Below, piece after piece: positions 49,706-64,000 of a stretch of 64,000 nt of DNA (the stretch's first letter is position 1; each line of letters begins with the position of its first letter). The stretch is from Magallana gigas (lineage: Eukaryota). Made by a program: the position numbers and the translations under genes. The stretch lies in the NCBI RefSeq assembly GCF_963853765.1, contig NC_088858.1, forward strand, positions 53,568,001 through 53,632,000. Direction: 5' to 3'. Below the pieces are notes generated by a model. It ran no database searches. It was given only the letters and a program-made list of their open reading frames with translations, and was not told the origin of the DNA.

Positions 49706-50251
49706 AACATGAATTTGAATATGACTAAAAACTTGGAAACATTTTTCTGGATGTAGAAAAGTGTGCCGTTAAAATATTTCAAGTGGCATGATTAGAAAGT
49801 TCGATGACTTTCTGCTTGTGATTATTTATACCAATGAGTATTTTGAGTATTGATCAGGCACGTAGAATGGGGTGGGGGGGGGGGGGTTACCCCCACTTTT
49901 TCTCGCAGCAAATATTTTCTCTTAAGTGTAAATAAAGAAAAATGAATTCACATGGAGTTGGTCCACTGTTTTATGATATGTAAAAAAAAATCGAAGAGGA
50001 AATAAGGAGGGAATAGGTTATTACGATATTCTACTGCGGTTGCTGTCTCGATTGAACGTGACGCAATTGGAAAGGATTTGATAAAAAATGGACTACAATT
50101 CAATTGAGATCAAGAATAACGTCATAGAAAGACTAGCGTCAAAAACGTATCAATACGCCTGACGTTACGTTTGAATTTTGTACAATTTTACCTCACTTTA
50201 AAAGTCAAATGACCGTTTTTATCTTCAAGGAAGAGTAAAAAAATTAAATTA

Positions 50252-50409
50252 TAAGCAATGAACTCAATATTTATTAGTTCTATACGATATAAAATGGTTT
50301 AAAACAGTTAACGCCTTTTTATAAACCGTTTCGCGGTTTATAAAGCGTAAACTGCCCCAAACCTCATTTTATATTGTATAAAACAAATAAATATTGAATT
50401 CATTCCTTA
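50252..50409. mobile_element. 158-bp foldback (whole-length imperfect palindrome), MITE-like
   Basis: TAAGCAATGAACTCAATATTTATT ... AATAAATATTGAATTCATTCCTTA; centre TTTATAAACC-GTTTCGC-GGTTTATAAA. Confidence 0.75.
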
Positions 50410-51245
50410 AATAAATATATATTTCTTACTAAATAAATGTTTCATCAGGGACATACACACCGGTATATATATAGGTTCCTGATTTCATTTAAGAAATTGT
50501 TTAATTTGTCTGGCAGGGATGTATATATACGTCCCTGATTTAACAAAACAAAATTTAAAATTATGATAATTAATCCGTTATATTACGAATTCAACTTATT
50601 TGTTATAACAAATTAAATTACTTTTATTTTGTACATGTATATGAAATTCAACGATAACTTTTTAAAAATGGACTTATATCGGGTTTTTTAACAGTGCTGG
50701 AGATAATTTTCATAATATATTTGTAAAACTCTATATCCCTGTACGGATCCGGACATTATTTCAAAAGGGGCTGTCCGCATGTTCATTCTATTCACACTGG
50801 ACATCAAACCCGTGGCTAGCGACGACGCAGGCGTACTGTATGTTCAAAACCGATTAATTACCTTAAATTCTTACTTTAAAAAAATATCTTATTTCAATCT
50901 CTTTTGATTTTGTATATTTATTCTAGGCGATCTTTCAAAAAAAGTTTTGTTAATCTTTAACAGTTTATGCGATGGTAAAAAATTATGATGTAAAATAGCA
51001 TGAATTCATAGGCCTATAATTTATTATATGTAGGCTAATGCCATGGATAGCGGTTCAACATGTTTAATATAAGTTCTGACATGTTTAATTGGTTTGCCTA
51101 TTTCATATTTGAGCGCTTTAAGACATTTTGATATAGTCTGGTGCGATAAATGACGGATTTATTGTAAAGAAACGTTCTTATTCGTCTTTGTCTTCTTCTA
51201 AACAAAATAAGATTCCGTAACTATCCGTAAAAGGGATTTCAGTTT

Positions 51246-51574
51246 GTTTCCATGACACGCTAAAGCGCGTCTTTTAAAATGGCGAAAAAATCGTTTCCTG
51301 TGGCTACATGGCATCATTAAAAATTGATGCCCCCATCTGTCCGGTTATTTTTCTATCAATGCATTTAAACCCTACATTTTAGTCAACATTTTTACATAAG
51401 AAAATATGTAGATGTCCAAGCGGATCGCCGACTTCCGATTTGTTGTACGACAAGTCATAACATGTCCAGTGCGTCCGTCTTACCGTCTTCTCCCGATCTC
51501 GGCTGCTTGCCAAGGGTACCTGACGTAACGCCTGAAGTCAGAATTTAATTTTAGGCACGACGATGGATTCCTGA
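51246..51574 (+). promoter_or_regulatory. Probable promoter and non-coding first exon of the kinesin gene
   Basis: Locally CpG-richer; AAAATGGCG (YY1-like) at 51,276, X-box-like GTTTCCATGACAC at 51,246, donor CTGA|GTAAGT at 51,574; the next acceptor (51,913) precedes the ATG. Confidence 0.45.
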
Positions 51575-51941
51575 GTAAGTAGCCATTAAAACTGTCGTAT
51601 ATTCTTTCGTTCAATTACACCAAAAAGTTTATTAGGGCGATTATCACATGATCGTGTTTTGAAAGTTTATAACCGAGGTATGCTTGCACAATGACAAATG
51701 TGTTTGGCTTACTGAATTTAGAATAGATTAGATGTCATTGAACAAAATCATAATAGTTTCAGAGCAAAGACGAAACTGTACAACTAGGCTGACTATTTTC
51801 AGTATTTTGTGCATTCTACTGTGTATAGTATAGTATAAAAATGATTTGGCAAAAATATATTTATTGTATTTAGGCTACATTTATTTTGTATGGATTAATT
51901 TTATATATTTCAGATTCATTGTTGCATTCAAAGTTAAAGCA

Positions 51942-61597
<9,656 letters not shown>

Positions 61598-63152
61598 GAA
61601 CGAGGCTCCAGGAATTGTCCAGGATCACCCACTTACAGCTCGTCTATAGGCTCGTCTGTGATTGTTTAAAACACGGGACAGTGACGTATACTTTACTGCA
61701 GTGCCGTAGAACATTTATTTAATTTCTGAAATGTTTCATGAGCGTATTTGCAGAAGAAATATATCCATTGTGATTGTAATATTATCGTAATTCCGTCCAA
61801 AAATTTCATAAAACATAGTATTTCTAATGGGAGAAGTTTTTATTTTATTTTTTTAACGAGCATCTGAGGAATTGACGTTTTCTTCCGCCATTAATCTGCA
61901 AGCTCCTACAAATAAATTGGGAGAAGTCAAGAAGAGGTCTAAACTCACAGCTGTACACTCTCCACAGGCAGCCAACCAACTTCCTCTTTTTTCTGAAACA
62001 AATGATGAGCCACACGGAAATGTGTTTTGATATTGAAAATAATGCAGTGAAATGTAATCAATATTTACGGCTCGTCAACTGCTACATGCTGACATTTGAT
62101 CACAGTCACAGTAGCTAGTCTAGTAGATGAAACCCGCCCTATCATTTACATGACAATATATTAACGAGGATGGAAAGAGGGAATATTTGTATTTTTTTTT
62201 ACCTAAAGATGACCATTTGGTCAGACCATTTTCGGATGTTTTTCAGTTGCTTAACTTTTAAAAGCTCACTCATCGATCTTTACATGTACCAGATGGGAAG
62301 TGAACTTCATTAGTGTCCATACTGCTTCCTGTAAAACATACCGGGAACGCCCCTACTGGACTGAATATGTCGCCTTCTGGAAATGTTTCTTCTTACGAGA
62401 AGCCTTATTTTACTAGTTCACTATATGGTGGTAAAGGGGGGGGGGGGTGTCACACTGTACTGGGCTAGATATGACAAGGTCTAATGTATACAAGTGGACT
62501 TGCTCCAGTCACCTGACTTCGTTCATAAAAATATGTATTGAAATATATGGTGAGCCACATAATCATATATTAGAACAATTTTGACACGAGATTGGACTTT
62601 GGGTAGTTGTGTCAAACAGCAATGTGACGTAAGCCTGTCTATTTCATTGTAGGCCACTCAGCCATCGCTCTTTGAAATCAACAAGATTTGTCTGGCTTTT
62701 TAGCTATATCTACGCAATCTGTGTTGTTTCACTTGAAACCAGCGTCATTCTTGACCTTTTTTTTTATGCAAGAAAAAGATAGTTACATCCTTCCGAAAGT
62801 CCAAGGTCTTGTTAAAATGTTCTAACACTTAGTAAAGCTAATTTTGGAGAAAGGGTTTATTTTCTTTTGTATCTGGTCACGTGATATAATCGCGTTTGGA
62901 TGGTCTCCGTATCATACAGTGTTCCTTGTTACGTTCATTACATTGTTTAGTTTTGTGTTAATGAAATTTATTTATAATTTATAACTGTATTTATTTACAT
63001 TTGTCAATATGTCAGTATTTCATGAGAAGAAATTAAATTATGACAATTTTGTATGAATTTGTTAATTATTTTTGCCATAATTTATTTACCATAGTTTTAT
63101 TTTGATTTATTATGCTACTGATATCCTATTGGTTTAGACACAATTTATAAGT

Positions 63153-63519
63153 CGTTCTATTACCCTCAACGTTAGCAACACACTTGGCAGTTAGCAACGG
63201 GTAGCACTATATAAATGGCGCCTGTTTGGGAGGGTAACAGTTGAAATTGACACCCCGAGAAAACCATTGTCAACCGACGCGAAGCGGAGGTTGACAATGG
63301 TTTTCGAAGGGTGTTAATTATTTCAACTGTTATCCTCCCAAACAGGTACTATTTATTTTGTTATACTGAATGTCTTAATTTTTAAGAAAATTTTACTGCT
63401 ATTATATTGGAATAACGTGAATTCTAGAGCGAACCGTACGCGCATAATTTTCGCGCATGTAACAATTTTTAATGTTACCCGTTACTAAGTGCGTTATTAA
63501 CGCTGAGGGTAATAGAACG
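63153..63519. mobile_element. 367-bp IR-bounded element with an internal 126-bp hairpin (63,221-63,346); rearranged partial copy at 63,585-63,770
   Basis: CGTTCTATTACCCTCAACGTTA / TAACGCTGAGGGTAATAGAACG ends; CCTGTTTGGGAGG..CCATTGTCAACC-GACGCGAAGCGGA-GGTTGACAATGG..CCTCCCAAACAGG. Crypton-like by recollection only. Confidence 0.65.
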
Positions 63520-64000
63520 AATTATGAACTGCGTCTTAACCAATCAGATTTCAGTATTTAACATGAAAGTATAACAAAACAAATTATTACATGCGCGTAA
63601 ATTATGCTCGTACGGTTCGCAGTAGATTTCAAGTCATTTCCCAAAGAAGTCAGTAAAGTTTTCTTTTAAAATTAAGTCATTCAGTATATTAAAACTAATA
63701 GGACAATAGTTGAAATTGACATCCCCGAGAAAACCATTGTCAACCGACGCGAAGCCTCCCAAACAGGCATTATTTATATATTGTTCATGGACATGGTTTT
63801 GTTTGCATGTACATTTCATGCAGTTTTTGCAACGCATGCATTAGTTCTTCCTGACCAATCGGCTGGACAATGACTGGTCATTTTCATTCACACGTTCATT
63901 TATTTTTCAACAGAACAATTAGACTGATCTAGAATAAACATGATATAAAGCATTCTTGAATGAAAGTCAAACGAGAGATCACAATCCGTTTCTTGATGGG

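Noticed and set aside
51846-51941. Hydrophobic N-terminal extension MAKIYLLYLG.. on the kinesin ORF
   Set aside because: Read-through of intronic sequence upstream of the acceptor at 51,913; the likely start is ATG 51,942.

Overview
AT-rich eukaryotic DNA with spliceosomal introns; the repeat content points to a bivalve, most likely an oyster (inference). Left three-quarters: a minus-strand cassette of three paralogous genes (A, B, C here) is present twice, at about 1-21,952 and 27,806-46,824. Each has a single coding exon encoding B-box1, B-box2, coiled coil and an NHL-type beta-propeller, with no RING (TRIM-NHL-like). A1, A2 and B2 are intact. B1 (-1 nt in an A-run), C1 (23-nt microhomology deletion) and C2 (+1 nt) are frameshifted. 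The two cassette copies differ by several transposon presence/absence events, so each shows the other's empty sites (TTAA/Kolobok-type, TA/Tc1-mariner-type, L2 LINE). There is also evidence of paralog sequence exchange, an N-terminal 33-bp coding VNTR and ISRE/ETS-like upstream motifs. Right quarter: a plus-strand SAM-domain kinesin-13 gene (KIF24-like; 10 coding exons, about 1,420 aa) facing away from the cluster. Also present: two LINE relics, Helentron/Helitron-type elements, MITEs, foldback elements with GCGAA(G/A)C centres, microsatellites and one 204-N gap. No tRNA, rRNA or CRISPR was seen. All comparisons were made by eye; no database searches were run.
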